Shown here: piece by piece, positions 9,772-20,816 of the stretch
Layout: each line of letters begins with the position of its first letter
How positions within the stretch are numbered: position 1 is the stretch's first letter
NCBI GenBank assembly: GCA_963691875.1
Contig: OY829846.1
Span: 3,520,001 to 3,584,000, forward strand
Source of the DNA: Aureliella sp.
GTDB taxonomy: Bacteria > Planctomycetota > Planctomycetia > Pirellulales > Pirellulaceae
Direction: 5' to 3'
DNA: 64,000 nt
The notes under the pieces: model-generated
What the model was told of the DNA's origin: nothing
Databases searched by the model: none
The model's input: the letters and a program-made list of their open reading frames with translations, nothing else
Position numbers and translations under genes: made by a program

Positions 9772-9864
9772 CGATGGTTCCTTGGTTCAGCAGAGACCCT
9801 GGAGCAGGATAACGCTGAAATCTTCAGATAAGACAGTTCGGGAGAAGTGTGAGTAGGTTGACGT

Positions 9865-10383
9865 TTAGTTGCCAAGATCCGCCGCACGATCCTTCAATGT
9901 GCGAAGGGTGCCTTGAAAGCTATTGAAGGCAACCTTTGCTTCAATCAAACGCTTGTACAGTGCGTCTCGGTTGGCCTTGGTGTCAACGATGTCCTGTCGC
10001 AGGCCGCGAACTTGGTCGGACAATCGTTTCATTTCAGCTTGAGCTGATTGGTTATTCTGTGCAGCAAGTGTTAATGCTTCTCGCAAGCGGGTCGCTTCGG
10101 CTTCCTGAGCAAGAAAGGCGGCATTCGATGCTTCGTATTGAATCTGTAACGCGGCAAGTGCTTCTCTTCTAGAACCGACTTCCGCTTCAATCTCTGCCTT
10201 TAAAGTATCGCGGAGCTGCCCCAGCTGCGTATTCCGATCTTCCGAAACCCTGGCTGCCTCCTCGAATCCAGCCGCAGCCGAATCATGGTCTATGTACGTT
10301 GCGAAGGCGAGCACCGAATACGTGCAAAACGTGATGCTCATTAGGAAAATCAAGCCAATAAAGACTTTTCCCAATAGGGTCAT
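9865..10383 (-). CDS. Membrane-anchored coiled-coil protein, paralogous to the downstream gene
   Basis: MTLLGKVFIGLIFLMSITF N-terminus nearly matches that of 8935-9771; coiled-coil body; GAGGA RBS before ATG 10383. Confidence 0.75.
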   Translation of the reverse strand: MTLLGKVFIGLIFLMSITFCTYSVLAFATYIDHDSAAAGFEEAARVSEDRNTQLGQLRDTLKAEIEAEVGSRREALAALQIQYEASNAAFLAQEAEATRLREALTLAAQNNQSAQAEMKRLSDQVRGLRQDIVDTKANRDALYKRLIEAKVAFNSFQGTLRTLKDRAADLGN

Positions 10384-10799
10384 CTTGATTCCTCTAAGTC
10401 TCACTGCCGCAAGGAGTTAGGCAGTTCGTAAATGGCCGTGCACAAGGGACTTACGGACGGTCCGCGGTCTTGCACACCTAATCATAACTAGTCGCCATGT
10501 CATCGCCAACGATTTCCGAGAAATTGGGACGACTAGGAAAAATAGAAGCAGCGACTTTATCGATTACATGCGTGAGTACAGCCCCTCAAGAAACGACTCG
10601 ACGACCTTTTCGATTAGCGTTAGACTATTGCGATTCGATGTCGAGCGAGCCAAGCCCCAAATCACTATCCCACAATGACTTAGGTCTGCCTCACAGACAT
10701 TTTGAAGGGGCAATGGCTCAACCCCAGAACTGGATGGCCATAGTCTTCAAGGCCGCCTAAGGGTAACTTCTACGCCGTAAATATTGCGACACAGCCAAA

Positions 10800-11858
10800 T
10801 TGATCCTCATACTTCGCAGTGATGCTACATCTGAGCAGGTTGATCACGTGGTCAAACACGTAGAGTCCCTGGGCTTTGCTGCGCACCTTAGTGAGGGCAC
10901 CCACCGAACCATCGTTGGGATAATCGGTGACGAGGATGAGGCTCGCAATGCACCGCTGAAGGCGATACCAGGCGTCGCGGATGTCGTTCCCGTTATGCCG
11001 CCTTACAAACTGGCCAGCCGAGATGCTCATCCGCAAGATAGCATCGTCGAAGTTGGCGACTGTAAAATTGGCGGTGGCCACCTCGGGATGATTGCTGGTC
11101 CTTGCTCGGTCGAAGAGCCCGAGCGGATGGATCGCATCGCTGAATCAGTCCGAAAGAGCGGAGCTAACATTTTCCGCGGCGGTGCTTTCAAGCCACGGAC
11201 GAGTCCATACGCGTTTCAAGGTCTCGGCGAAGACGGGCTGAAGATCCTGCACGACACCGGCCAAAAGCACGGCATGCCAGTTGTCACCGAGGTAACCGAT
11301 CCGAGAAACGTCGAGCTTATCGTTAAATACGCTGATATGCTTCAGATCGGTGCTCGCAACATGCAAAACTTCGTGTTGCTCACGGAGGTCGGCAAGACGA
11401 ACAAACCTGTGCTGCTCAAAAGAGGCATGTCAGCAACGGTCAACGACCTATTGATGAGTGCAGAGTACATTCTCAGCCAAGGCAATTCGCAAGTTGTACT
11501 TTGCGAACGCGGTGTAAAGGGCTTCGACAACGCCACCAGAAATCTGTACGACCTCGCATCGGTCGCACTCGTAAAAACACTTTCGCACTTGCCAATCATT
11601 GTTGACCCAAGTCACGCGACGGGACGGCCCGAGCTGATTCCGCCTTGTGCCCTGGCTGGCGTTGCTGTGGGGGCGGATGGTGTTCACATCGAAGTGCATG
11701 ATTGCCCAGAGGTCGCGAAGAGCGACGGGCCACAAGCATTGCTGCCAGATCAATACCATGACTTGATGGAACAGCTTCGGGGCGTAGCCCAGGCAGTAAA
11801 TAAGAGGATTGCTTGCCCTCAAGTCACAGACTCAGCCACGATCGAATCAAGCATTTAA
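10800..11858 (+). CDS. aroF: 3-deoxy-7-phosphoheptulonate (DAHP) synthase, type I-beta with N-terminal regulatory domain
   Basis: [41 protein letters not shown] and SDGPQ motifs. Confidence 0.95.
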   Translation: MILILRSDATSEQVDHVVKHVESLGFAAHLSEGTHRTIVGIIGDEDEARNAPLKAIPGVADVVPVMPPYKLASRDAHPQDSIVEVGDCKIGGGHLGMIAGPCSVEEPERMDRIAESVRKSGANIFRGGAFKPRTSPYAFQGLGEDGLKILHDTGQKHGMPVVTEVTDPRNVELIVKYADMLQIGARNMQNFVLLTEVGKTNKPVLLKRGMSATVNDLLMSAEYILSQGNSQVVLCERGVKGFDNATRNLYDLASVALVKTLSHLPIIVDPSHATGRPELIPPCALAGVAVGADGVHIEVHDCPEVAKSDGPQALLPDQYHDLMEQLRGVAQAVNKRIACPQVTDSATIESSI

Positions 11859-11888
11859 CGAAACAAAAGCCGGACGGGAGCGGAACCC

Positions 11889-12644
11889 TTGAGAAAGTAC
11901 CTGATTGCAGGCAATTGGAAAATGAACATGACGCGCGACACCAGTGTCGCATTGGTCAATCAACTGCTGGATGAATTGCAGCCGAGCGAGAATGTAGAAG
12001 TCGCCGTTTGTCCACCTGCCGTTTACCTGCACGATGTTGGCGCTGCTCTGCGTGGCAGCCATGTTGGACTCGGTGGACAGAACATGCATGCCGCTCCGGA
12101 AGGTGCATTCACCGGCGAAATTAGCTCGGGCATGCTCAAAGACATTGGCTGTCAGTACGTGATTCTCGGACACTCCGAGCGTCGCCAGTACTTCGGTGAG
12201 ACAGATGCTGGAGTCAACGAAAAACTAAAAGTCGCATTGTCCGTTGAATTGACGCCAATTGTCTGCGTGGGGGAAACCTTGGAGCAACGTGAGTCTGGCA
12301 GCACAGCGGAGGTAATCGCTGAACAAATACGCGGTTCGCTCAGCGGGCTAGATGCTGTGGATGGTGCCAAAATTGTCGTTGCTTATGAACCCGTTTGGGC
12401 CATCGGAACTGGCAAGACTGCAACACCCGAACAAGCTGAAGAAGTCCATGCACAAATCCGTGGTCTACTCGATGAGCTTTTCGGCGCAGAAACCGCTGCT
12501 ACCATTCGTATACAGTACGGCGGCAGTGTGAAGCCTGATAATGCTTCAGAACTACTGGGACAATCGAACATTGACGGCGCCCTAGTCGGCGGTGCAAGCC
12601 TAAAAGCAGATGGTTTCGCGGCCATTATCGCTGCGGCAAAATAA
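11889..12644 (+). CDS. tpiA: Triosephosphate isomerase
   Basis: AGNWKMN, GHSERR, AYEPVWAIGTG, YGGSV and LVGGASL motifs. Confidence 0.98.
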   Translation: MRKYLIAGNWKMNMTRDTSVALVNQLLDELQPSENVEVAVCPPAVYLHDVGAALRGSHVGLGGQNMHAAPEGAFTGEISSGMLKDIGCQYVILGHSERRQYFGETDAGVNEKLKVALSVELTPIVCVGETLEQRESGSTAEVIAEQIRGSLSGLDAVDGAKIVVAYEPVWAIGTGKTATPEQAEEVHAQIRGLLDELFGAETAATIRIQYGGSVKPDNASELLGQSNIDGALVGGASLKADGFAAIIAAAK

Positions 12645-12718
12645 CAACTTGGCTGGGTAGTCTCAGTCGAACGTACGAATCAACGCTTCCTCACGAATTT
12701 TGACGAAGGAACACAGGC

Positions 12719-13489
12719 ATGCTGATTGCAGCCTTAACTCACTACTTTTTCGGAATCACCATCTTTCTGATGTCTCTTTTCCTGATCTTGCTGGTTTTAG
12801 TCCAGCGAGGTCGAGGCGGCGGACTCACCGGTGCACTGGGTGGACCTGGTGGCCAGTCAGCCTTTGGCACGAAGGCGGGTGACCTATTCACGAAGATCAC
12901 CATCGGTGTTGCAGCGGCATGGATCCTACTTTGCGTCGCGGCAGTTATGGCCTTGAAGACTCGTGCTCTTCCGACTTTTGGGGCTGAAGGCACCGCGAAC
13001 ACGATGTCTAGCAACTCCGACGAAACTGGTGGATCAGAGTCCAGCAGCGGGAGCTCTCTTGGTGATCTGTTGAACGACGACGACGACGGCACACTAGGCT
13101 TGGGTGGCACTTCCGGATTGGGCACAGGATCGACAGGTCTTGGCGACGACGGATTGGACCTCTCTCCATCCGGTGATTCTGGCACCGCTGCCGAGGTCAC
13201 TGACTTGCCATCAGAAGATGATAACACCGGTTCAAGTGAAACTCCGGCCGGCGGCAGCACTGATGGAGATTCAACTACAGCACCGGAAACACCTGAAGGC
13301 GGTGATGCTACAGAGAGCACGGAGCCTGCGGCGGAAGGTGAAGGTACTACCGCAGAAGAGCCGACTGGCGAAAACTCCGCGCAGCAAGACTCACCCACCG
13401 ACTTATTTGGAAGGCGATCCCAAACTACGCATGGCGGCGAGGTGCGGAATCGAGACTCCTCTGGGAGACGCAATTGCTGCTTAGCATGA
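12719..13489 (+). CDS. secG: Preprotein translocase subunit SecG with a long acidic low-complexity tail
   Basis: [21 protein letters not shown]...SAFG...LFTKIT, two TMs; canonical position after tpiA. Confidence 0.9.
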   Translation: MLIAALTHYFFGITIFLMSLFLILLVLVQRGRGGGLTGALGGPGGQSAFGTKAGDLFTKITIGVAAAWILLCVAAVMALKTRALPTFGAEGTANTMSSNSDETGGSESSSGSSLGDLLNDDDDGTLGLGGTSGLGTGSTGLGDDGLDLSPSGDSGTAAEVTDLPSEDDNTGSSETPAGGSTDGDSTTAPETPEGGDATESTEPAAEGEGTTAEEPTGENSAQQDSPTDLFGRRSQTTHGGEVRNRDSSGRRNCCLA

Positions 13490-14355
13490 CAGGCCAAGGG
13501 CAGGGCCGCAGCCAATGCGGCACCGTTGAGATCACAACCGAGGTACGCGCGGTGAACAACCGCCATCTCAAGTTGCAAACTCGCGCCGCCGGAAGGCTCC
13601 ACGTAGTCGAATCCCAGGTAGAGTCCTTGGTTCGATCGCAGGTCAAACGCGGCTCGCTGCAGCTAAACCTGCAGATGCACGGCGGCGGAGCAGACAGCGA
13701 CTACCAAATTTCTGCTACTGTTCTGAGCGAGTACATGCGTCAGTGCCAGCAGGTAAGTGATTCGCTGGGCGTGTCGCAGGATGTGAAACTTAGCGACTTG
13801 CTTAGTTTGCCAGGGGTGGTGGCCGAGCCGCAAAATACAGAGCTCACTGACGAACTGAAGCAGAAGACACTGGAATCGGTTCAAGCAGCAGTAGACTGCC
13901 TGAACCAAATGCGAAAAACAGAAGGAGCAAGCATTGCCACTGAGTTGCAATCACAGTTGTCCCGACTGCAGGAATTGACTGACACCGTTGGAGCGAGAGC
14001 ACCGTCGGTCGTAGAAGAATACCGCGAGCGGCTTAGCAAACGCTTAACCAAAGCCCTGGAAGAAGTCGGAGCCGAGTTGCAAGAAGCGGATTTGGTCCGA
14101 GAAGTCCTTGTCATGGCGGACAAATCAGATGTGCGAGAAGAACTCGTGCGTTTGAGAAGCCACTTCGAACAATTTTCAAGTTTGCTGGATTCACCAGAAA
14201 GCCAGGGAAGGAAGTTAGACTTCTTGATTCAGGAGCTGTTTCGCGAGACGAACACGATCGGCTCCAAATGCGGTGATGCGGAAATGGCCCAGCGAGTCGT
14301 CGACATGAAGACTGTAATCGAACAGATGCGCGAACAAGTGCAAAACGTGGAGTAG
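13474..14355 (+). CDS. yicC: YicC/YloC family endoribonuclease
   Basis: [45 protein letters not shown] and REQVQNVE motifs. Confidence 0.95.
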   Translation: MLLSMTGQGQGRSQCGTVEITTEVRAVNNRHLKLQTRAAGRLHVVESQVESLVRSQVKRGSLQLNLQMHGGGADSDYQISATVLSEYMRQCQQVSDSLGVSQDVKLSDLLSLPGVVAEPQNTELTDELKQKTLESVQAAVDCLNQMRKTEGASIATELQSQLSRLQELTDTVGARAPSVVEEYRERLSKRLTKALEEVGAELQEADLVREVLVMADKSDVREELVRLRSHFEQFSSLLDSPESQGRKLDFLIQELFRETNTIGSKCGDAEMAQRVVDMKTVIEQMREQVQNVE

Positions 14356-14362
14356 GATTGTC

Positions 14363-14983
14363 GTGGTAGACAACAACCAGACACCCAACCAAAAAAACAA
14401 ACCAACGCCTGGGCAACTAATTATTGTCTCGGGGCCTTCCGGCGCAGGCAAAAGTACTGTTCTTCGGAAATTGCTCTCGGAATGTGAACTGCCTCTGCAA
14501 TTGAGCGTTTCCGTAACGACTCGTGCTCCACGAACTGGAGAGGTTGAGGGCAGGGACTACTATTTTGTCAGCGATGAAAAGTTTCAAACCATGCGTTCGG
14601 AAGGACAATTCCTGGAGTGCATGGAAGTCTTCGGACGCAACTGGTATGGCACCCCTGTTGAGAGAGTCGACGAGGCACTGAAGAGCGGCAAGTGGGTGAT
14701 TTTGGAAATCGATGTCCAAGGTGCGCTGAGCGTAATGAATCAACGAGAAGACATCCTGAGCTTTTTCGTACACCCGGGCACAAGAAACGAATTAGAACGT
14801 AGACTGCGCAATCGAGGCACCGAGGAAGAGTCAGCCATCCAGCGACGCTTGGAAGTCGCCGACGAAGAGCTCACAGCGCTCAGCTACTACGACTATGAAA
14901 TAGTGAATCGTGACGTTGCTATAGCGGTTGCGGACATATGCAAATACTTAAAAAAAAACGCGGAGGAAATGACCCATGCTTGA
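14363..14983 (+). CDS. gmk: Guanylate kinase
   Basis: [29 protein letters not shown] and LEIDVQGA motifs. Confidence 0.97.
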   Translation: MVDNNQTPNQKNKPTPGQLIIVSGPSGAGKSTVLRKLLSECELPLQLSVSVTTRAPRTGEVEGRDYYFVSDEKFQTMRSEGQFLECMEVFGRNWYGTPVERVDEALKSGKWVILEIDVQGALSVMNQREDILSFFVHPGTRNELERRLRNRGTEEESAIQRRLEVADEELTALSYYDYEIVNRDVAIAVADICKYLKKNAEEMTHA

Positions 14984-15233
14984 AGAATTAAAAGAAGAAG
15001 AGATCGTCAACAAAGTCGGTGGACGATTCAAGCTTTCCACACTCATCCAAAAGCGCTTGGTACAGCTGAAGCGAGGGAGTCGTCCGTTGGTCGAAAACCC
15101 CTCGCAAGACAAGATGGAGATCGTGTTGCAAGAGATCCTTCAAGACAAGATCTTCCTCAGTGAAGCTGGCGAACTGGCCGTTGTCGACCACGACGAAGGC
15201 GACTTGCTCGACATGGATAGCCTCGAGCTATAA
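14976..15233 (+). CDS. rpoZ: RNA polymerase omega subunit
   Basis: [19 protein letters not shown]...IVLQEI; follows gmk as is usual. Confidence 0.9.
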   Translation: MLEELKEEEIVNKVGGRFKLSTLIQKRLVQLKRGSRPLVENPSQDKMEIVLQEILQDKIFLSEAGELAVVDHDEGDLLDMDSLEL

Positions 15234-15353
15234 ACAGTCAATTGCGACTGGAGGCAGTTTAGCGACATCTGTTGGAGTGCAGGCTTTAGCCGCTCTCAAA
15301 TCGGCGTGCTGAGCGGATAAAGCCTGGACTCCGCCAAAAGATGACAGAAGATC

Positions 15354-15887
15354 ATGGCAAAAATAGTTGTTGGAATCGGTGGGGGAATTGCAGCCTACAA
15401 GGTTGCCACTGTCGTCAGCAAACTTGTTCAAGCCAATCATGACCTGCATATCACGATGACCCACGGAGCCGAACACTTCGTGGGTCATTCGACGTTTACA
15501 GCTTTGTGCAATCGCCCGCCAGTCTGCAACACCTACGATCCTCGATTCCCCCTTGGTGCTCACATTGAGCTCGCTGATGGAGCCGACCTACTTGTGATCG
15601 CACCGGCCACGGCTCGGATCTTGGCCAGCTGTGCAGGTGGCTCGGCCGATGACTTGTTGGCAACACTCTACCTCAGCTGCAAATGCCCCGTGCTACTTGC
15701 ACCAGCGATGAGCAGCCCAATGTGGGATAAACCCGCAGTGCAGCGAAATGTAGAACAATTGCGCGCCGACGGTGTCCATTTTGTGGGGCCAGAAAGTGGC
15801 TGGCTCAGTTGTCGCAAGATGGGAACTGGCAGAATGTCCGAGCCGGAAGCCTTGCTCGCCGAAGTCCAAACACTCCTTCCAAGTTAA
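15354..15887 (+). CDS. coaC: Phosphopantothenoylcysteine decarboxylase (flavoprotein half of CoaBC)
   Basis: GGGIAAYK, HIELA, APATA, APAM and G-LSC...G-GRM-EP motifs. Confidence 0.9.
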   Translation: MAKIVVGIGGGIAAYKVATVVSKLVQANHDLHITMTHGAEHFVGHSTFTALCNRPPVCNTYDPRFPLGAHIELADGADLLVIAPATARILASCAGGSADDLLATLYLSCKCPVLLAPAMSSPMWDKPAVQRNVEQLRADGVHFVGPESGWLSCRKMGTGRMSEPEALLAEVQTLLPS

Positions 15888-16523
15888 ATGGCACGTATCC
15901 TGATCACCTCCGGACCGACTCGCCAATTTCTGGATCCGGTGCGTTATTTGACCAATGCCAGCAGCGGCAGAATGGGCTGTGCCCTGGCTGAAGCCGCCCT
16001 CGCCCAGGGACACGAAGTTGTTGTCGTATCAGGGCCGGTCGGACTTGACTATCCAGAAGCAGCTTCGATTGTTCCCGTTCTGACCACCGATGAAATGCTC
16101 GCTGCCGCGCAAGAGTGTTTTCAAAGTTGCGATGGCATGATCGCGGCCGCAGCCCCTTGTGATTACCGCCCGCGGAAAGTGCAAACAGAAAAGATCTCCA
16201 AGTCCGGCGAGCCTCTCCGCTTGGAGCTTGTCGAAACCTCCGATATCGTTGCCACCGTTGCAGAGAACAAGCGTCCAGGCCAGTGGATCGTCGGTTTCGC
16301 CCTGGAATCCGAAGACCAACGCTTCCGCGCCATTGTCAAAATGCAAAAGAAGTGCTGCGATATGATGGTTTCCAATGGGCCCTCCGCCATAGATTCCCAT
16401 AACAATAGCGTGGAACTACTAAGGCCGGACGGCGAAACCATAGCCTTTGCCGAAGGCAGCAAGTCACAAGTCGCTGCTCGCATCCTCAGCGCGATCCGAA
16501 CGGAGATCCTAGCCAAGTCATGA
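15888..16523 (+). CDS. coaB: Phosphopantothenate-cysteine ligase (DFP half of CoaBC)
   Basis: LITSGPTRQFLDPVRYLTNASSGRMG, AAAPCDY and VGFALE motifs. Confidence 0.9.
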   Translation: MARILITSGPTRQFLDPVRYLTNASSGRMGCALAEAALAQGHEVVVVSGPVGLDYPEAASIVPVLTTDEMLAAAQECFQSCDGMIAAAAPCDYRPRKVQTEKISKSGEPLRLELVETSDIVATVAENKRPGQWIVGFALESEDQRFRAIVKMQKKCCDMMVSNGPSAIDSHNNSVELLRPDGETIAFAEGSKSQVAARILSAIRTEILAKS

Positions 16524-17455
16524 CTACTACGACCGCAGAGCAAACTTCAGTGGACCTTAGCGTCCAACTTGGGCGACTAAAACTTCAAAATCCGGTGCTG
16601 GTGGCTTCCGGAACCTTCGGTTACGCCCGAGAGATGGAGAAGCTCGTCCAACTCAATACACTCGGCGGCATCCTCCCCAAGACGATTACACTTGCGCCGC
16701 GCCCCGGCAACGCTCCTTGGCGAACTGTCGAGACATCTGCAGGATTGTTGAACTCCATAGGCCTGGACAACGACGGTGTGGACGCCTTTGTCGTCGGACA
16801 CTTGCAGTACCTAAAGCAACTCGATGCCGCCATTGTGGTTAGCATCGCTGGCAAGACGCACGACGAGTTCCGCGAATTGGCCCGGCGAATTGAAGAAGCT
16901 GGTGGAGCAGACGCATTGGAGCTGAATATCTCTTGCCCCAATGTCACCGGCGGTGTGGATTTTGGAACAGAACCAGAACAGTGCCGGCAAGTCGTCCAAT
17001 GTGTTCGCGACAGTTGCAACTTGCCTATCCTGGCCAAACTAACGCCCAACGTGACAAGAATAACAGATATCGCCCAAGCTGCTGCTGATGGTGGTGCTGA
17101 TGCAGTGAGTTGCATCAACACTTTGCTCGGCATGTCCGTTGATTGGCGCGGCCAGCGTCCGATGCTCGGCAATGTGGTCGGCGGATTGAGCGGTCCTGCT
17201 ATCAAACCTGTTGCATTACGTTGCGTCTGGCAAGTCGCCCAAGCGGTCGACATTCCGATCGTCGGCATCGGCGGTATCGCAACCTTGGACGATGCGATGG
17301 AGTTCCTAGTCGCAGGTGCTAGTTGCTTCCAAATTGGCACCGCCAACTACTACGATCCAACTATTAGCCAACGAATGGTTGAAGAATTGCCTGGTGCCAT
17401 TCGATCACTCGGCGCTAGAAGCACCAGTGAAGTCGTCGGCAGCATGAAGACTTAA
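16520..17455 (+). CDS. pyrD: Dihydroorotate dehydrogenase (family 1 catalytic subunit)
   Basis: [41 protein letters not shown] and GIGGI motifs. Confidence 0.95.
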   Translation: MTTTTAEQTSVDLSVQLGRLKLQNPVLVASGTFGYAREMEKLVQLNTLGGILPKTITLAPRPGNAPWRTVETSAGLLNSIGLDNDGVDAFVVGHLQYLKQLDAAIVVSIAGKTHDEFRELARRIEEAGGADALELNISCPNVTGGVDFGTEPEQCRQVVQCVRDSCNLPILAKLTPNVTRITDIAQAAADGGADAVSCINTLLGMSVDWRGQRPMLGNVVGGLSGPAIKPVALRCVWQVAQAVDIPIVGIGGIATLDDAMEFLVAGASCFQIGTANYYDPTISQRMVEELPGAIRSLGARSTSEVVGSMKT

Positions 17456-17558
17456 TCGCGTAGTGGGATTCGCCAGGATTCTTTTAAGCCAATCGAAGCT
17501 TCAGGCGAAGTCCACTACCATTACTCGTAAATCAAACCAACAACTACAGACAACTCTA

Positions 17559-18536
17559 ATGCGTGTACTTTCCGGCATTCAACCAACAGGTCGATTCCAC
17601 TGGGGCAACTACTTTGGCGCGATCCACCAATACATCGAGTTGCAGAACGAGGACGAAGCCTACTATTTCATCGCCAACTTGCACGCACTGACCACCGTTC
17701 GCGATGCGGAGACGCTGCGTCAGTTGACTCTTGACGCGGCGATTGACTTGCTTGCTCTCGGTCTTGATCCGGTCAAGGCGATTCTGTTTACGCAGTCGGA
17801 TGTACCCGAGGTATCACAGCTGACATGGATCTTAATGACCTGCACTCCGATGGGATTGCTTGAGCGTTGCGTTTCATATAAGGACAAGAAGGAGCGAGGT
17901 ATCGCCGCTGACGCTGGCTTGTTTACATACCCGGTGCTGATGTCGGCTGACATTCTGGCCTACGATTCCAACTGCGTTCCAGTTGGCCAGGATCAGATTC
18001 AACACATTGAAGTCTGTCGGGACATCGCCAATAGCTTCAATCACCACTTCAGCGAAGCTTTCGTCCTGCCTGAAGGCCGCGTTTTGAAGTCTTCAGCTAA
18101 GGTGCCTGGAACGGACGGCGAGAAGATGTCGAAGAGCTACGACAACACGATCGGAATTTTCGAAGAAGAGAAGCCGCAACGCAAAAAGATCATGCGGATC
18201 ACAACCGACAGCCGCCCGATGGAAGATCCTAAGGATCCCGACACCGATCACCTGTATCAGCTTTATCAACTCATGGCATCAGAGGCCGAAGTAGCTGAAA
18301 TGGCGGCCTTGTATCGCAAAGGCGGATTTGGCTACGGGCATGTAAAGAAGGCTTTGGCGGATGCGGCAGAAGCTTTCTTTGCCGACGCCCGCGCAAAGCG
18401 AAGAGAGTTCGAAGAGCGTCCTGACACGGTACACGACATCCTCGCTGAGGGTGCGAAGAAAGCTCGAGCCAAAGCTGCTGAAGTCTTGGACCGCGCCGAG
18501 AAGGCTTGTGGTATCAAGGCGCCGAAGGCGAGATAA
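17559..18536 (+). CDS. trpS: Tryptophan--tRNA ligase
   Basis: [33 protein letters not shown] and KMSKS motifs; start set at ATG 17559. Confidence 0.97.
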   Translation: MRVLSGIQPTGRFHWGNYFGAIHQYIELQNEDEAYYFIANLHALTTVRDAETLRQLTLDAAIDLLALGLDPVKAILFTQSDVPEVSQLTWILMTCTPMGLLERCVSYKDKKERGIAADAGLFTYPVLMSADILAYDSNCVPVGQDQIQHIEVCRDIANSFNHHFSEAFVLPEGRVLKSSAKVPGTDGEKMSKSYDNTIGIFEEEKPQRKKIMRITTDSRPMEDPKDPDTDHLYQLYQLMASEAEVAEMAALYRKGGFGYGHVKKALADAAEAFFADARAKRREFEERPDTVHDILAEGAKKARAKAAEVLDRAEKACGIKAPKAR

Positions 18537-18642
18537 GCATCCTGCTCGTCGACGTGGTATGCACATCCTGCTTGTCAGTTCACTATCGTACGTCTAGTCG
18601 TTACTACAGGCTGGAAGCCGATGCCACTTAAGATCCAATCCT

Positions 18643-19401
18643 ATGTCACAGTCCAATCCCGTCGCGGAGTTTGTAGCTGAGCTTCGTGAATCAGTTCCAG
18701 TTGCCGCATCGACCGACGCAGGGCCAGAAGGCGATTCTCTGATTGGCGTATTTCAAGCATTTCGTCCTGACGGGCTGCCCGAGTTTGCAATGCTAGAGTC
18801 CGTTCCCGGCGGCTCCGAATTTCGCGCCAGAATACAATGTGTTTATGATGCAGTTGGAACGGGGCAGCGAAGCGACAACATGAAAGATGCGTTCTTTGTG
18901 GTGCGACATCCACCTCAACTGCAAAGTAACGATGCTCAGAAGACCGCGACAGATTTTGTGAAAGGAGCTCTGGAACTCGCTCTGCAGACGGGAGTTGAAA
19001 ACACCTTCGAACTTCCAGAGATCCGTATTCTAGAGGGCAAGCCGCCCAAGCACCCCAAGAATCCAAATGAGAAGTCCAAGCTTCTACATCTCTTCGAATC
19101 CGAGCTGCCCGCTCAAATCGATGCACTCTTTGCACCTGGAAGCCTAGGAAACGAATTATCCGAAGCACTCTACTTCGTCGCCTGCGACCGTTGGCTTAGG
19201 GACTTCCTTCGCTGGCCCATGCTGCAACCAAACAAAAACGACTTGAATACTTCCAACAGCCATTGCGTCGACAGCTACTTCCAGCTGTGGCGACACGGCG
19301 TCAAGTTCCGCATTTTCAGCAATAATCGAATCGACTTTTATTTACCCGTCCGCGCCGACGGCAGCCTCATCAACGCTGGTGCTTTTGCTGGTGGCGCTTA
19401 A
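18643..19401 (+). CDS. Hypothetical protein
   Basis: 252-aa ORF with normal protein-like composition; no family recognised. Confidence 0.7.
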   Translation: MSQSNPVAEFVAELRESVPVAASTDAGPEGDSLIGVFQAFRPDGLPEFAMLESVPGGSEFRARIQCVYDAVGTGQRSDNMKDAFFVVRHPPQLQSNDAQKTATDFVKGALELALQTGVENTFELPEIRILEGKPPKHPKNPNEKSKLLHLFESELPAQIDALFAPGSLGNELSEALYFVACDRWLRDFLRWPMLQPNKNDLNTSNSHCVDSYFQLWRHGVKFRIFSNNRIDFYLPVRADGSLINAGAFAGGA

Positions 19402-20162
19402 CACCAGGCAATTAAACGTGCCAAGGACAAAGATTCTAAACTCCCAACTCTTTCGCTACGGTTTGGCATTTCCGCACGATCTTAACCTCCGTCTGCCATG
19501 TGAAAAGTCCACGTAGCGATTCGGCATCGCCTCAGAACCTACTTGGACGTTTCCCAGACACCTCGCAGAGCTGACACGAACGCAGGTCTACCGGCGCAGA
19601 GTGCAATCTCGATCGTCATCGGAGCGTTAGCTCGGCAGATTCGTATGCATCGGGAGCTGGGCGCTTTGGCGAACGCTTCACCACGCGAAGGCTCGCACTG
19701 GCCTGCCCCGCAGTCGTAATCTCATAGTCGTAGCCAAGATCGTCAATCTCTTAGACCAAATCACCGCCGGGCTTGAGTCCTTCTTTGACGGCGTGCTCGA
19801 TAGGATCAAGATACGAGTTCCGAATTGCATCCGCCAACTGAGCGTTGCAGAATAACAGAACAAAAAAGACAGGATATGCAATGCGAGCGTTTCATGGCCA
19901 GGATTGAGCAAGGAAGCGAAGCAAGCCATGCAGTTGGCAACAAACTGCCCCGCAAAAGATCAACCGAACGCATCGGTTTTAAGCACTACCATCCCCAAGC
20001 AGTGATTTCGGAGCACGATAAGGCGAATCCGCAGAGCAAGCGCGAAGATGCAGGAGTAGCGGGGTAAGGAAAAGGGTAGGCTATGCCTAGGGACTCGTAA
20101 CCTGTCCACTACGGCGCAGTGTCGAGGAGCGGCGCCGTACCGTCGCTGCGCTCGATAGCGAC

Positions 20163-20816
20163 CTACAAGTAGTCGACTCGGCGGTCGGTGACTTGCACGC
20201 GGCCGCAAGCAATGGCTTGGACGACTTCGGGAAGCAACTGGCATTCGAGTTCAAACACACGTTTCTGTAGATCTTCGGCAGAGTCGCTTGAGAGCACTTC
20301 GCAGGATCGCTGCGCAATGATCGGGCCGTGATCATACTGATTATCAACAAAGTGCACGGTACAGCCTGAGATCTTGGCGCCGTAGTCAACTGCAGCTTGG
20401 TGAACCCTTAGGCCATAGAAGCCCTGGCCGCTGAAAGCTGGAATCAGCGAAGGGTGAATATTAACGACACGGTTTTCGAAGTCATCTGGGATGAGCAGGT
20501 GCTCGAGATAACCGCCCATGACGACTAACTCAACACCTTGCTCACGAATTGCTGCAAAAACGGCTTGGCTGTGCTCTTCCGCACTGGCAAAGTCGCGTTT
20601 GCGATGGACTACGTTCGTGATAGCCGCTTCGTTGGCGAACGCAAGTCCCTGTGCCCCTACGCGGCTGCTAACGACGAGCCGGAAATCAACGTCCAGCTCG
20701 CCGCGCGAATGAAAACTCAGCAAGTTTTTGAGCGTCGTGCCGCCGCCGGAAATCAATACAGCAATCGGCAGCTTCTCCTCTGGCGGACAGTTCTCGGTTG
20801 TATCTCCGGCACTCAT
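20163..20816 (-). CDS. purN: Phosphoribosylglycinamide formyltransferase
   Basis: [20 protein letters not shown] and [18 protein letters not shown] motifs. Confidence 0.96.
   Translation of the reverse strand: MSAGDTTENCPPEEKLPIAVLISGGGTTLKNLLSFHSRGELDVDFRLVVSSRVGAQGLAFANEAAITNVVHRKRDFASAEEHSQAVFAAIREQGVELVVMGGYLEHLLIPDDFENRVVNIHPSLIPAFSGQGFYGLRVHQAAVDYGAKISGCTVHFVDNQYDHGPIIAQRSCEVLSSDSAEDLQKRVFELECQLLPEVVQAIACGRVQVTDRRVDYL

Noticed and set aside
12742..13602. 286-aa Ser/Pro-rich ORF antisense to secG
   Set aside because: Mirror of the low-complexity secG tail.
19402..20160. Gene or ncRNA in the 750-bp gap before purN
   Set aside because: Only short ORFs with stops; one minus-strand stretch (ADAIRNSYLDPIEHAVKEGLKPGG...) may be a remnant but cannot be assigned.
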